63,703 nt of DNA, filler included, from Bigelowiella natans CCMP2755 (GCA_000320545.1; 9 parts of 9 records of this genome joined end to end with filler, not necessarily neighbours in it); one strand, 5' to 3'; counted from the whole stretch's first letter, positions 1-13,250 are shown. A program made the numbers and translations. Notes: a model not told the origin generated them from the sequence alone.

Positions 1-54
1 CGACTATATCGCGGTCCAATCGCATATTGGGGAGTTTGTAGAGAAAGAGAGAGA

Positions 55-99
<45 letters not shown>

Positions 100-187
100 G
101 CTATCACTACAAGAGTCGATGCTTTGTTGCTTAAAAGTGTATTAAGACCTTATTCACTTTCTGGTGTGGTTGCAGTCCTGAGTGCAC

Positions 188-228
<41 letters not shown>

Positions 229-384
229 AATAACATCATACATTCCCTCCCTTTCTCCCTCCCATTCCTCCTCCTCCTCCTCCCCCTCCATGTGGTCGCC
301 TTTATTATGTCTTCGTGGCTATTACCCATGAGAACATCGTCCGTTTGCTCATGTAAGTCCACCCAGCATATCTACCCACGCACA

Positions 385-436
<52 letters not shown>

Positions 437-440
437 GAGG

Positions 441-482
<42 letters not shown>

Positions 483-970
483 GACGCATAAGTCCACGTG
501 TGTGCAAACCAGGCACGTTCTGCAAATCTATGAACGTGGACGTCTGCACTCCGAATCAGGATTTCGTAATCTTTGAACGTTTGCTCTCTAACCCCCCCCC
601 CTTTTCTCCCTTCTGCGCGCCGTCCGCTCACCGTCCATGGTCGAAATTTGTATGAGGGTATTGCAGCGATTGTCCTCCCTAATGTAGGATAGTTGTGCAC
701 ACATTGACATCACGAAGTGGGGGGGAGGGTTAGGAGGACTGCACCAGTGTGTGATATAAGTGGTAGAACCGCTAATGTTGGACGGATTCTTAGGTTACTA
801 TTATGCGCCGCCTACCCCACCCGTAATTTTGCTTCGTTTCGCCTTCGGTTTCCACTCCGACAGTTCCTGAGAGGGAGGAGGAGGAGGAGGAGGGCACATA
901 TATATTCCGATTTACATTTTGAAGGATGGACTTGGAGAAAGGAGTCGGTGATGACGGCGCATCAGAGCCG

Positions 971-1021
<51 letters not shown>

Positions 1022-1197
1022 AACCACGTCAAAATTGTACATTGTCATCACAAAACTGCGTGTGATCGACGCTGCTGCAGCGTATGCTATCATCAGAAAC
1101 AGCCTCTATTGATTCCCCACACATGAAGAGGTCGGTTCAAGTCGATAAGTTCTAGTTGTTATCATCATATCAATCGCGCCGCCGCAGCTACTCACTA

Positions 1198-1235
<38 letters not shown>

Positions 1236-1772
1236 GCACACACCAGCACACAACAAGCACACTCTCACACTCATATATTCACCCTACACTAAGAAATAGC
1301 GACCCTTGGACATTGGCGCACAGTGGGGGTGGGCTTGCCGTCCTTGGGCATGTTCTCTTCCACACGCTGCAGATGCTGCCATCCCAACCGCTCCACGGCC
1401 GTGTTTATGGCGTAGCATTTGGCCGAATATATCATGACCGGCATCGACTTGGGTTCCATTTTCTCTCCCCCTTTCTTCCCATCTTCCGTCTTCTCCGCTC
1501 CTTTCCCTATGGAGATCTATGTGTAGACACAGATAGCGTGAGAATTTGTGCCGCTTGCATGTTCTTGGCAGCGTTCATGCGATGCGAGCGTGTGCGCTCG
1601 GTGCGAGGGGGGAGGGGAGGGAACCAACTTTTCCTCTCAGGGGAAAAATTGATTGTTCTGCTTGGAGGATGTTACGAATAACCTGATCTCCATGCGATGA
1701 TGTTGCTGATGATAATGGAGGAAGCTGAGCGACGGTAAGGTCCTGCCCGTCCTCACCATCTGTATTTGTCAT
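1..1772 (-). CDS. Tubulin-tyrosine-ligase-like (TTLL) family protein, 5' portion, multi-exon; runs off the window start
   Basis: ATG at 1772 (MTNTDGEDGQ...HGDQ|GT) is followed by an exon at about 1517-1304 (...CYAINTAVERLGWQHL...). Exons 371-326 and 177-149 splice in phase to ICWVDLHEQTDDVLMGLQPHQKVN, matching the TTLL motif W-x-D...L.P.QKVNHFPG. Intermediate exons are uncertain. Confidence 0.6.
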
Positions 1773-1785
1773 TTATGCGCGCGCG

Positions 1786-1845
<60 letters not shown>

Positions 1846-2109
1846 CGGGAGAGAGAAGGAGGAGGCCTGAAAAAGAGCACTAGAAACGTAATAATGGACA
1901 CTGTTTGGAAAAATAATTACTAGCCCTCCTCTAAGGCTTATGCATCTATTTCACGTGCCATCCCACTGTGCAGAAATTCCTACCTGCGTTACGAATCAGG
2001 GAACTTCCACCGGAAGCAGACTCCATTGCGTGTTGCGCTTTCCAGACCAGAAATGATCCACAGTTAGATAAAAATATGTGCTGAAAATATCTAAAATAAT
2101 ACCACATAC

Positions 2110-3117
2110 TCTCAGAGTGTGTTGACAAATGTTGTGGAAGGCGCATGAGCTTCTCGCCATCAAATTAGGATGTTTCAGGATGACAGATGATGCTTAGTTG
2201 GGAAGTCATCCATGTTCAATTTTGCACACTGCAAGTGTCTTGCAACACTTTGGAAATGTAGTTTTTCATCATTGTTTCATTGTTTCATTGTTTCAATTCT
2301 TCATTGTTCATTGTTCAATGCATGGCACATGAAGTGCTTTTCGCAATCGCCTTTGCAGCCTCGCCTTTTTCAGGCTGAATTCAAGTGGTTCCGATTCTTT
2401 CCTTTTGCGTGGGCAATCGTTGCTCGTTTGTTCAAGTCCAACCGCAGTGGGTGCACAGCTAGATCGATGGGTGTCAGGCGCTGCAGCTGTCTCAATGCTG
2501 TTGTCCCGCAGCAGCAACGGAGGATGACAGTGATGGAAAGGTGAGTTCTCTGACACCCCACACTCACCACCATTGTCATCACCTTTTCCTCCACTCTCAA
2601 TCCTTGATGATCGAGAATGACAATTCAGCGGTGATTTCACAGCGCTGTGGCGTTTTCAATTTCACTTGCGAGTTTGGCAACACCGTGCCATCATTGCTGG
2701 CATCGCACGATGGGCCATGACAGGCCACCACGCAAACGTTGGTTGCGTGCACGTCCTGTGATGAGCGAGCCAGCTTGCACGTGTGAGCTCACACCAATGA
2801 CCCGCTAGCCCGCCTGATCTGGTACGTGCGATCCTGTTGCTACGTTGATGGAGGGTGCTGGTTGCTGCACAGCACGAATGACGCTGGTCTTGCAAAAGCC
2901 AATGTGATGTGCACGCGGCGCATGTGTGCACGCAGTTGGCTGCTTCGCAAAGCTAGAAAGGTGGGCACCACGATGAAATGCATCGCAGCGAGTGTGCGTG
3001 TGTACACCTCAACGCCACAATCACTACAATCACTTGTAGTCTTCATGCACACCTAGACATGTGCAGATCACAACTTGAATGCAAGTCCTTCTCAAATGCC
3101 ACAGCGATGGAGAGCAA
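2110..3117. other. TpA-depleted intergenic island 1
   Basis: Hand count gives 12 TA in about 1 kb (4 CTAG, 2 TTAG, 2 GTAG, 2 CTAC, 2 GTAC). TG/CA are abundant and CpG is retained. Confidence 0.85.
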
Positions 3118-3220
3118 GTAAGATTGATGAGCGGCATTAGTTGTTGTTCTAAATCGAACCATGAAGACTATTCCTTACCAGCGTCTAATGGTCCTCCTAA
3201 GCTAAAGGAAAATCTCCATC

Positions 3221-3636
3221 TCAATGCTGAAACATCATTCCTGGGGTCTCATCGTTACTTTTACTAGTTTGTGAGAGAAAACTACTCCCCTGTGACGAGG
3301 GGTGTAGATCAGTGCCCTGGCGATGTAGGTCAACCACGAGCTCTTCTGGAAGCTGTTCTACCCCCCCCAACCCCGAGATTGACTTGCCTTCTGCATCTTT
3401 TCGCCTGCGTTGCTGGATGGCTACGGGATAATACACGTCCGTAGGTTGCACCTAAGATATTCAGGTGGTGTGAATCACACGAGAGAACAATGGGCTGCAA
3501 ACTTTTAACACAGCACAATGACGAAATCGGCCCTCAAGCACGACGATACGAAGCATGTATGCATTACATGGCAACTCAAGTTACGGTGGAAAGCGATCGT
3601 TACGGGTAAATATGAAGAGGGAGAGGGCGTGGAGCG

Positions 3637-3683
<47 letters not shown>

Positions 3684-5642
3684 ATTGAAGAGCGAGACAC
3701 TTCTCATACACGCATATGAACAAGAGTACGGATACACTGAACACAAGCACGCGCATGTGATACCCAGGATATCTTCCCAATATCTATCTCAGCCACGGCA
3801 TCAAAATTGCGGTTTGAGAGCTTGCTTTTGAATTCCTCCAGGTTCCTCACATTATTTCCGAAGCGGTAGCCGAAGAGGATATCCTCCGCACAAAAATCCG
3901 CCACGCGCACAACCGTTTCCTGGGTTGTTTCATCCAAGCCGTTGATGCAAACATGTACCTTTTGCAAAAAAAAAGTTAGATCTTTGAATGTGTCTCACGC
4001 AGCCAAGGAAAGGTGGGTTAATATCGATGCGCTCAATTCAAAAGGAAAAGGCCTGATACATATCCTCGAGTATATTACAGCAGCAGCAACAACAAGCAAA
4101 AGTTATAAAGCAACACAAGTTTGCACCGTGGTGTGCGTCTCTTTACAATCCTCGTGAGACATCCCAAACAGCGGGCTTCCAGGAACAATGTAATGCCTTT
4201 GGCGTTATCAACACAGAAGCTTACCATCACACACATGAACGTGTGCATAAATACTAACATGCAACACATTTACCTGACGTTCCAACTTCCATGGAATCGG
4301 TGAAGCGTACGGGCTTCCAAGTCCAGGAAATAGTTCATGTGGAACACCTCTGGAGAGAGAAATAGCGAACAAATCCAGTTTGAAATTAGGTAATCTATGA
4401 AGCCAGGCACGACACAACACTTCAGGATGTACGTCTTAGTCAAGTCTGAGCTAAATGCTAGCATTGCTGCTACGCTATGATGCTTTGTCGGGTCTTCCTC
4501 CCCTTCCATGAGAAGAATATACGCCACAGATACACACGAACACGAACAAACACATACACACACGCACACACACACACACACACACGCTCACTCACTCACT
4601 CACACAATAGACAACAAGCGATTTGCGGAGGGTAGAGTGTTGACCTCCATTTCTAGATGCTTCATCCTTCAGCAACCACACGCTGCATGTTACATCTATG
4701 AGCTCGCTTAGAGGCCCGTCGGCGTTGACAATTCGGATGTCCAACACAGGGACGTCTCCCCAATTGTGAATCGTCGCGTATCTTGCGAAGATGTAATGCC
4801 ACCGAGGTCGCATAAACTTGGTGTACCTGTGTGTTGCATACATGCGCAGAGCGAAAGGAGGGTGTTTTCGCTTTCTCCCACGGAACGAAGCTGGAAACGT
4901 CTTTGGACTTGTTTGAAATGCTTTTCAAAAGTGTGAGATTCAATTTTTTCTCTGGAACAAGGGAACATGAAAAGAGCGATAGGGGAACGAAATGGAGGAA
5001 GAGGAGGGAGAGGAGGGGGCAGCAACTTACACAATCCCTGCGAAGATTGTTGTGACGAACAGATTGTGGATGCCATGAATAAATACTAACGCATTGACAG
5101 CAAATGAATCTTTGTCAGGCGAAAGACCGCCGTAGCCAATAGTCGTGAACGTTTGGAACGCAAAAAAGACGTCGTACCAAAACCTAAGGATTGATCCGAT
5201 CATGTAACATCGATCGATTCGATTGAAATAGCCCCAGAACCACCACCAACAAAAAAAAACAACGAAGATGAACTACTGCATCCGACTGAAAGCAATAGTT
5301 CTTTCGTAAATGTACAACGGGGAAGGAAAAGAAATCTTGTCTCATTCTCCATTCATTCCTTCAATCATTCTAGACATCCTACTTGTGGTCCTCCTCCGCG
5401 CAGCACCCCCCAACGCCCCAATAGACGAGACCGAATGAAACCGTGGAAATCAAGATATACAGGCTCATCTCCAGCATAGCCACTTGAAGCGAGACTGTCA
5501 ACACATGCCGCAGTAATCTCCCCCCCAATCCAGAAGAAACACCATTGACGTGTCGCACGCGGTAGTCACTCCATCGAGATGAACGCGATGGCCGATTAAC
5601 TGCGCGCTGTTTCTCGAACACAATGCCATTACAGGTTGCCAT
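3221..5642 (-). CDS. Inward-rectifier potassium channel (Kir/KirBac-like), multi-exon; true start uncertain
   Basis: Spliced exons give TM1 (SLYILISTVSFGLVYW), pore and filter (DVFFAFQTFTTIGYGGLSP, exon 5183-5030) and TM2 (ALVFIHGIHNLFVTTIFAGIV). Cytoplasmic-domain motifs follow: YTKFMRPRWHYIFARYATI..VPVLDIRIVN, EVFHMNYFLDLE..SWNVRHYIVPGSPLFGMS and VCINGLDETTQETV...EDILFGYRF. Last-exon stop at 3221. Confidence 0.88.
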
Positions 5643-5727
5643 GCTGCCGTTCTGCTCATCTTTCACATACCTTTCGAAATTTAGCAATTCATTTAGTGCC
5701 ACAACCCCACCCTACCCCCCCTCTCTC

Positions 5728-5811
<84 letters not shown>

Positions 5812-6049
5812 GGGGGGAGGGGAGGAGGAGCGTACGTAATCCCTGCTATTGACTATTCCCTCTTTTATGCGATAGATGTTCCAACACTATAACTCAACTC
5901 TCAATGTCGAAAGCAAGACGGTAGATTGTGTGCTTATGCCATTCCGCTTGTAGTAATAGTCGTATAGCTACCCAATTAACTTGCTTCCTCTCGACTCTCA
6001 AAATCTGCTCTGGACTTACCACATACCCGACTGAATATTATTTACACAC

Positions 6050-6149
6050 NNNNNNNNNNNNNNNNNNNNNNNNNNNNNNNNNNNNNNNNNNNNTTAATTA
6101 ATTAANNNNNNNNNNNNNNNNNNNNNNNNNNNNNNNNNNNNNNNNNNNN
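6050..6149. other. Assembly gap spacer N44-TTAATTAATTAA-N44; also at 10756-10855, 41010-41109, 47619-47718, 50124-50223, 51637-51736, 59820-59919 and 61913-62012
   Basis: The same 100-bp pattern, with stops in all six frames, occurs eight times. It is an artificial contig linker. Confidence 0.97.
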
Positions 6150-6209
6150 ATATATATATAGTGGTTCGTTGTGGTCGTACGCGTGTACGTGTGTCGTGGT
6201 GTTGTGTAC

Positions 6210-6244
<35 letters not shown>

Positions 6245-6788
6245 GCCGCAACCGATTGCGTCGAAGACTTGGGCGGAACAGTCTTTCCAACGGGGATCAG
6301 CTTCCACCTGAAGCCGAGCTCCAGATATCGGTGAAAGTACCTAAAGAATCGTGGCCAAGTTGTGCACCGTGGCGCTGCTGTCCTTCGCACCTGTTCTTCT
6401 ATATACTAGCTATTCGTTACTTCTTCGTCGCTCGCTCGCCGTAATATGAATAACTCAGTAGTGAAGGATGGTGTGTGTACCGGTATCCGCATATGCTGCC
6501 TCTGCTTTTCCGTACAAAGCCACTCTCACACCTGGGCCGAAGAATGCATATAGGCATAGCAGAGCGATTACAACAAAATTATATATTCCATGTTAACAGA
6601 TGTCATTCTCATTTCCGTCTCTCTCTCTCTCTCCCTCTCAATCCCCCCCCCCCTTTCTCTCTCACAACACACACACACACACACACAAATACGCACCTCA
6701 TATCCTGAAACTCTGGCTCGACATGGATGGAAACGACCGGTGCTCCAAAGAACCTCAATTCGTTATTCCAAAGGCATCAACACGCATA

Positions 6789-6861
<73 letters not shown>

Positions 6862-7053
6862 ATTCATTACTGACTCTCTCACTCACTCGAGGGCTTCGTT
6901 CAGGTCTGTGAGAGTCTCGCCCTCACATGCGCGCCATATCTTCCCTGTTTATCGATGATGATGATTATGATGATGATGAAGATGATGATGATGGCAGGGG
7001 AGGGAGGGGAGAACGAGGAGGATTAGGAGGATGAAGGCAACAACGTCGGGGAT

Positions 7054-7085
<32 letters not shown>

Positions 7086-7202
7086 GTTGTAGTGTCATCG
7101 AACGAAGAGATTAGAATCAATCGAGGGCACATAATAGTAATAATAAATGCCTTTGAAATAGACAGTAGACAGCGTGCGTTGTTGCTGTCGTTGTTGTTAT
7201 TG

Positions 7203-7235
<33 letters not shown>

Positions 7236-7546
7236 GTGATAGGACGTTTTCTTACGGATTTCGGAGCGAAGACACATTGTTTGGTTGACGGTAAGGCTGC
7301 TCAGGCTGCGGGGCTGTATAATAAACAGTCGTGGTGGTGAGTTTCGCAGTGGTGGGTAGAGAGAGAGAGAAAGAGAGAGGACGGGAGGGGGGGGGAGGGG
7401 AGGAGTGAATAAAGTCGAGCGTAGCACAGGCTTAGCATGCGTGCACGCGACTGCTACACACCCCTTTCGTCTGAACGAGTTTGAATATCCTCTCTCCAGG
7501 AGACAGGTGAGGTGCTGGAAATCTACGTGGGAAGCCACAATATATG

Positions 7547-7584
<38 letters not shown>

Positions 7585-8184
7585 GTATATATTATTACAC
7601 CAAACTGTGAGGCATATTGTCAAAGAAGCATCGATAACACAAAAGCATCATCATTAGCCTGATAGATGACGTTCAGACCCCGTAGTAGAAACACGTGCAT
7701 CGTTCAAAACGGTACTACTGCTGCTGCTGCTGCTACTACTACTACTACATCACTACAAACACCGAAGATAGTTGGTCTAGCAGCAGGGATTTCATCTGCA
7801 TCTACCCGCCTCTTTCGTGGCAGAAATTATTCAAACATGTAGCCGTGCAGCTGAGTCGCTGATGGCGCATGCAATGGCAATGGCAATGGCAATGGCAGTG
7901 CATGTATATCTGTTGTTGTTGTAACAACCCGTCAAGAGATAGGTGCGGATCCCCTTTCAGCGGCTTCATCTTCTCTCCACGATGGGGTGGTCGCTCATTA
8001 AACTTTGAGGAGGAGGAGGAGGAGGGGGAGGAGGGGGAAGAGGGGGAAAGGACGGGAAGGACAATACAGATAGCAAAAATCAATAAAATCGCCACATATC
8101 GACTCGCTATGCGGGCAAGAGCAGTCATTGAATATAGCAGCACATAATTTAGTGTGCGTGTGCGCGCGCGTGTGTGTGTGTGAG

Positions 8185-8229
<45 letters not shown>

Positions 8230-8236
8230 GCATGCA

Positions 8237-8738
8237 TTATGTCGAAAGATGTGCCTTGAGAATATGCTCAATCTTAAGTTTGTCTTTTAACGTGAAGCCG
8301 TAGCGTTGTTTCTCCCCACCGCTCTGGGGCATTGAGGAGAAATGAGCAAAACAGATAATATAGTGATGGGTGTAGTAACAGTAGTTAGTAGTCGCAATGT
8401 GGAGAGAAGAAGAAGAAGAAGAAGAAGAAGAAGAAGAAGAAGAGAGAGGAGTAAAAAAGGGAACAGTGGCGACGATTTGCTCGAAGACATCATCGAAGAA
8501 CATCGTTGCTTGTATAATATCATCGTCATCATCAAATCCCCTCCCTCCCCCCTTTTCATCGTTCAGGAGAGCCTCGCCCTTTCACCACCGCAACCACAAC
8601 GACCACAACGACCACCGCGCCATCATGCACTAGAATATCGCCATTATTATGACGTCGAGTTCCCCATGCTCTCTGCTGCTGCTGCCTCTCCTACAACTAC
8701 TACTTTAACATCATTGCTGCTGAGCAGACTTTGTAGTG

Positions 8739-8774
<36 letters not shown>

Positions 8775-9627
8775 CCTCAGAGTGAAAGAGGAGGAGGAAT
8801 GGTTCCTCGAGCAACGCCAAGTGTCCATGCATAGCAGTTTTCCCCTTTATACAGTTTTAACAGTAAGAAAGAGCAGCAGAACAGGGGGGGAGGGGAGGGG
8901 AGCAGTATGCACAAGCTCTTTATGGAGAGGTTAGTTGGTCGATGGGTACTCTTATATATGCCATCAGCATTATTTCTCATCTTATCTCTTATTTTAACTT
9001 CCAAAGGATGATGATAAATACCCTCTACCATCATATCCTAACCTCCTTATTTTCCGATGTTTTTCCTCCTTCTCGCTGATCCCCCCCCTCTTTCCTCCAC
9101 TTTACCGTAATATCAGGCGGCAGCACCGCATCCTTGCCGCACACCGCCCATATCCTCCGTTTGAGCTGCGCAAGGTGATTCCATGATGATATATATAATC
9201 CACAGCAAGAAACACAACGAAACAGCAGCCAGCCAGCAGCAGCACCACCCCCACCAACAACAAGGAGAATGATGAGGAGAATAAAGCGGCGAGCACCGTC
9301 TATATCAACCTACATCCCTCTCTTCTCCATCCCATCCACCCTTGGTCTAATTCACCCACACCTATAACTAGGAAGCTGCTCGATCTCCTTCGGTGCTTAC
9401 AACTACTACTACTACTACCTACTGCTACTGCTGCTGCTGCTACTACTACCACTTCTACTACTACCTCAAAGGTTGCGGTGTTGTAGATAGCCTGGTACCT
9501 TTGCTCCCCCATACGGAGGAAGCACATCCGATTTTCCACGTGCTTTTCAAAGGCAGCATTATACTTGGGTGCCAAGCGCGGTATCTGCTCATCATATCGT
9601 CAAAGAAAACAGAAGAAGAAGAAGAAG

Positions 9628-9658
<31 letters not shown>

Positions 9659-10230
9659 AGGGGGGTGCCTTTCTAAAAAGTCGTTTCTTCGGTGTGTGTG
9701 CACCAGCGCCACCGCCGCCTCCTCTCCATCCATCTGCTTCTTCTTCTCTTCCATATCCTCACCCCTTCTTCTTCTTCTTAACTTGGAGGTGCCTGGACCC
9801 CACCCCCCACACATTGAATGTGTATATATATATACATAATATATACTCCTTCGTGGATGCTGGTATTACTCATACTACAAGTACTACTACTACTACTACT
9901 ACTACTACTAGTAGTAGTATCACCACACCTGAGAGAGATCATCCGTGTATTGTTCCAATTCTATCTCAGGAGAATCATCATACGTCTGTGCAATGCTAAT
10001 GACGGCAGCAAGCATAGGTAGCAGTAGCAGGGTACTAGTGTCAGGAAGAAGATAGGGATAACAATTGCTGCTGGTATCCAGGAGGAGGAGGAGGAGGAGG
10101 AGGGGGAGGAGGAGGAGGGGGAGGAGGAGGAGGGGGAGGAGGAGGAAGAGCTGCTAGATAGCTTCTACCTTTCAAAGTGATCGTGCCACATGCGCTTCCA
10201 ATAGTACGACATCGGCCTCAGCAGCCCTTC
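8237..10230 (-). CDS. Unidentified multi-exon protein, fragments only; may extend in both directions
   Basis: Phase-compatible AG..GT exons give EEGLLRPMSYYWKRMWHDHFE|SIAQTYDDSPEIELEQYTDDLSQ|IPRLAPKYNAAFEKHVENRMCFLRMGEQR, and further LAQLKRRIWAVCGKDAVLPPDIT|GKTAMHGHLALLEEPFLLLFHSE. No family recognised. Confidence 0.35.
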
Positions 10231-10327
10231 TTCCTGTATGAGGCATGCATGGTTAGATGTTATCATCAAGCAGTGTATGGTGAGAGGGAGCGATCAGCTA
10301 TCAGACACCAAAAAGATATTCAAACGA

Positions 10328-10437
<110 letters not shown>

Positions 10438-11002
10438 ATGGGATCTACCGCAGATTTCCCCAGTACCAGCCCGCCCCTCCCTCACTTTGGCTTCACATTG
10501 ACCATACCTCGCCCCCCTCCCCCCCCTTCCCGCTCAAATGACATCATAAATCAGATCGAAAAATACCAGCACATACAGTGGAGCCACCAATAGTAGCAGC
10601 AGCGGCGGCAGTAGCATAGCAGCCCAGATGTCAAGTAATGTTTGACCCATCATAAAAGAGAGAATTGGAAATAGCCGCGCGTTTTGTCTCTGGGAAATTG
10701 ACAGATTTGCACTACTAAAGTGTTTATTTATCCTCCATAGATGCGGTGAGCTCTCNNNNNNNNNNNNNNNNNNNNNNNNNNNNNNNNNNNNNNNNNNNNT
10801 TAATTAATTAANNNNNNNNNNNNNNNNNNNNNNNNNNNNNNNNNNNNNNNNNNNNCCCCCCCCCCCCCCCCCTGGGACGCGCTTATTCTTTCGGTTTAAT
10901 ATACCCACGCCTATTCTTTTGAACAACACACAGAAAAATTTTCTTACCCAGGGCGTTTCCGAGGTTGATTTCCATTGTTTTTTAACTTTATGTCCCCCCC
11001 CC

Positions 11003-11041
<39 letters not shown>

Positions 11042-11071
11042 GCTATTACATATATTAACATAAATGTAATT

Positions 11072-11126
<55 letters not shown>

Positions 11127-11150
11127 TGTGATCCATTCAACAGAAACTAG

Positions 11151-12296
11151 GTTTTAAGCACGAGAGCTTCGACTCGGTTCACAAGCATCATGTGTTTAGC
11201 TTGGAAACACAAGGTAAAAGCGCTCAAAAGAGAGGAAGGAGAAGAGAGTAGGGGAAAGGGGGGGGGGGGGAGAGAAGAAGAAGAAGAGGGAGAAAATAGC
11301 GAAAAGAAATGCGAAAGGAAAATTATCGAGGCGTTCAGTATAGATGTTAGGTAGATATGCACGAAGCATGGATGAAATTCGTTCCCAGAAAGTCTCTGGA
11401 AAAGCGTCTCATTAGATTCAAGCATTTGCATCGATTCATATTTATTTTCGAACAATGCACTGATAGTGCCTATCAACCATCAAGTTATGAAACCAAATTA
11501 CTTCTTGTAGCGAATAACAGCACGTTGTTGCGAGCAGGGGCCGTGGAGAGTCGCAAGTTGTTCCAAAAATTTGAGGATTTACGCGGTGAATTCTTCGATT
11601 TACTCGAGGACGGTGTCATGAAGAACCGGCTGCGTTTGGAGACGTGAGTAATAGCGGGAGCTGTGCGCAATGCAATCGAAGAGATAATACGCGGTGTTAA
11701 AATGAGTTTGTATGTTATGTGCTATCAACGTTTTGTTCAGATTTCCCCTCCCGATGAAACCTACGGTGTTAGTGTCCTCGTCGGACGTAAAGGAAATGCG
11801 GGAGGCGTGCGAGAAAAAACTGTCTAGCAAACGTGCTGCCGCGAGAGACAACTTGGCCAATTCAATTAGGTAAGATATAGTGTCATCGACATATCGGCTG
11901 CAGGAGTTTTAAACTAATGATGTCTTTCATGAAAAAAGTATGAGATCACAGCAGGTTTCTCACGGTGTTGCTGCCCTCATACCCAACAGTAAAACAAGCG
12001 ATAGACTTCGTAAGGCGGAAGAATGCGGCGACAGGTAAAACAGAAAGTTTCTCGGCGCCCAGTGAACTAAGAACACACACACATACACACACACTCATTT
12101 GATCATATTTTCATCAACCATTTTTTGTGGCAACCATTCATGCAGTGCTTCCGAGCGTAGATTCTCCCAATTCTTGAGAAGACTGGGAAAACGGGCGGCC
12201 AATAATGATAAGAAGTGGGATGATGAGACACGGAGAGTCGGAGAAGCACTATCAAAGTTTGCTAAAATGTTTTGCACCATTACATCTACAGCCTAA
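11151..12296 (+). CDS. Unidentified multi-exon protein, 3' part
   Basis: Several AG..GT-bounded non-repetitive segments, e.g. ...KLFQKFEDLRGEFFDLLEDGVMKNRLRLE|TFPLPMKPTVLVSSSDVKEMREACEKK...|RFLTVLLPSYPTVKQAIDF. The last-exon frame is ambiguous (stop at about 12178 or 12296). Confidence 0.4.
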
Positions 12297-12481
12297 TATG
12301 TTTCCGCATCAATTTCTCGATTACACTCGTGTCCGAAAAATGCATTATCACATCACGTTTCCTCGTCTTTGTGCCATTTACTGACGGAATCGAATCAACG
12401 GGTAGCTACAGTAGCTAGATGCAATATCATGCAACTCATCCATGTGCATGCGCTATGGCTAGCTACTCTGGGATGGTTGTA

Positions 12482-13250
12482 GTTGCGTTTCGGCGCAGGA
12501 TGGGTGCAAGCTGCATCTCTGCAGCACGCCCGCCATCGCGATGTCTCGCATGCGCTGGCATGCACCGGCGATGAAAAATGATCGTGTCATGAGAATTTTG
12601 CATCGATCCATTTCTGCGCAGCATGACCCGCGGGCTGCGCTAGCCCGCGATGTAGCGACGATGCGTAGCCTCAGCTCCAAAGCTGAATGACTGCATGCAC
12701 TGCAATTGCGACCCTCAGTCTAGCAGTGCCAGAACAGACAAACCAAACGACAATGCTCACGTGACGCAAACGTCAGCTGCCGCGTGTTGCAGCCTGTCTA
12801 GCTGTGCAGAATGATTGACAAGCTAGCAAGCCAGCTAGCTAGCCAGAGAGACTTGTGTTTGTGACTGACTTCCACTACACCTTCCACAGCTAGACAGCAC
12901 CAGAGCACACTGCAGCATGTGCACAGTGCGCGCATGCTAGCTGGCATGCAGCATGCCAGCTAGCCAGCATGACAACATTGCAAACAAAAGGATCCGTGGT
13001 TGTGGGTCATCATTCGACCATTGCGACTGTTGTGATGCGCTTGGCAGAGACAAGCCTTGATGAAAAAGACCAAACGAGCAAGCGCTCGGTCCTGCAACGC
13101 GGCACGTGTCTAGGTGTGCCTGTCTGCAGATGGAATCCGTCTCACATCCATCTCAAAGCTGCAACTTGCTGGCTTGCTTCCGGCTGCTTGCATTCCACAG
13201 ACGATGAAGAAAAAAATTCTGCCATTGTGCAAGTCGCAACGTCAAAATCC
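12482..13250. other. TpA-depleted, CTAG-rich intergenic island 2
   Basis: Hand count gives 13 TA in about 770 bp: 10 CTAG, 2 GTAG, 1 CTAC and none in any other context. Many CpG are present. Confidence 0.9.

Noticed and set aside
6250-7520. Exon-like fragments on both strands
   Set aside because: Splice phases and strand could not be resolved into a consistent product, so they are left unannotated.
12482-13250. Classical CpG-methylation decay or RIP as the explanation for the TG/CA-rich islands
   Set aside because: CpG remains frequent in the islands and TpA is depleted rather than enriched. Some CGA->TGA change may co-occur but cannot explain the TA loss.
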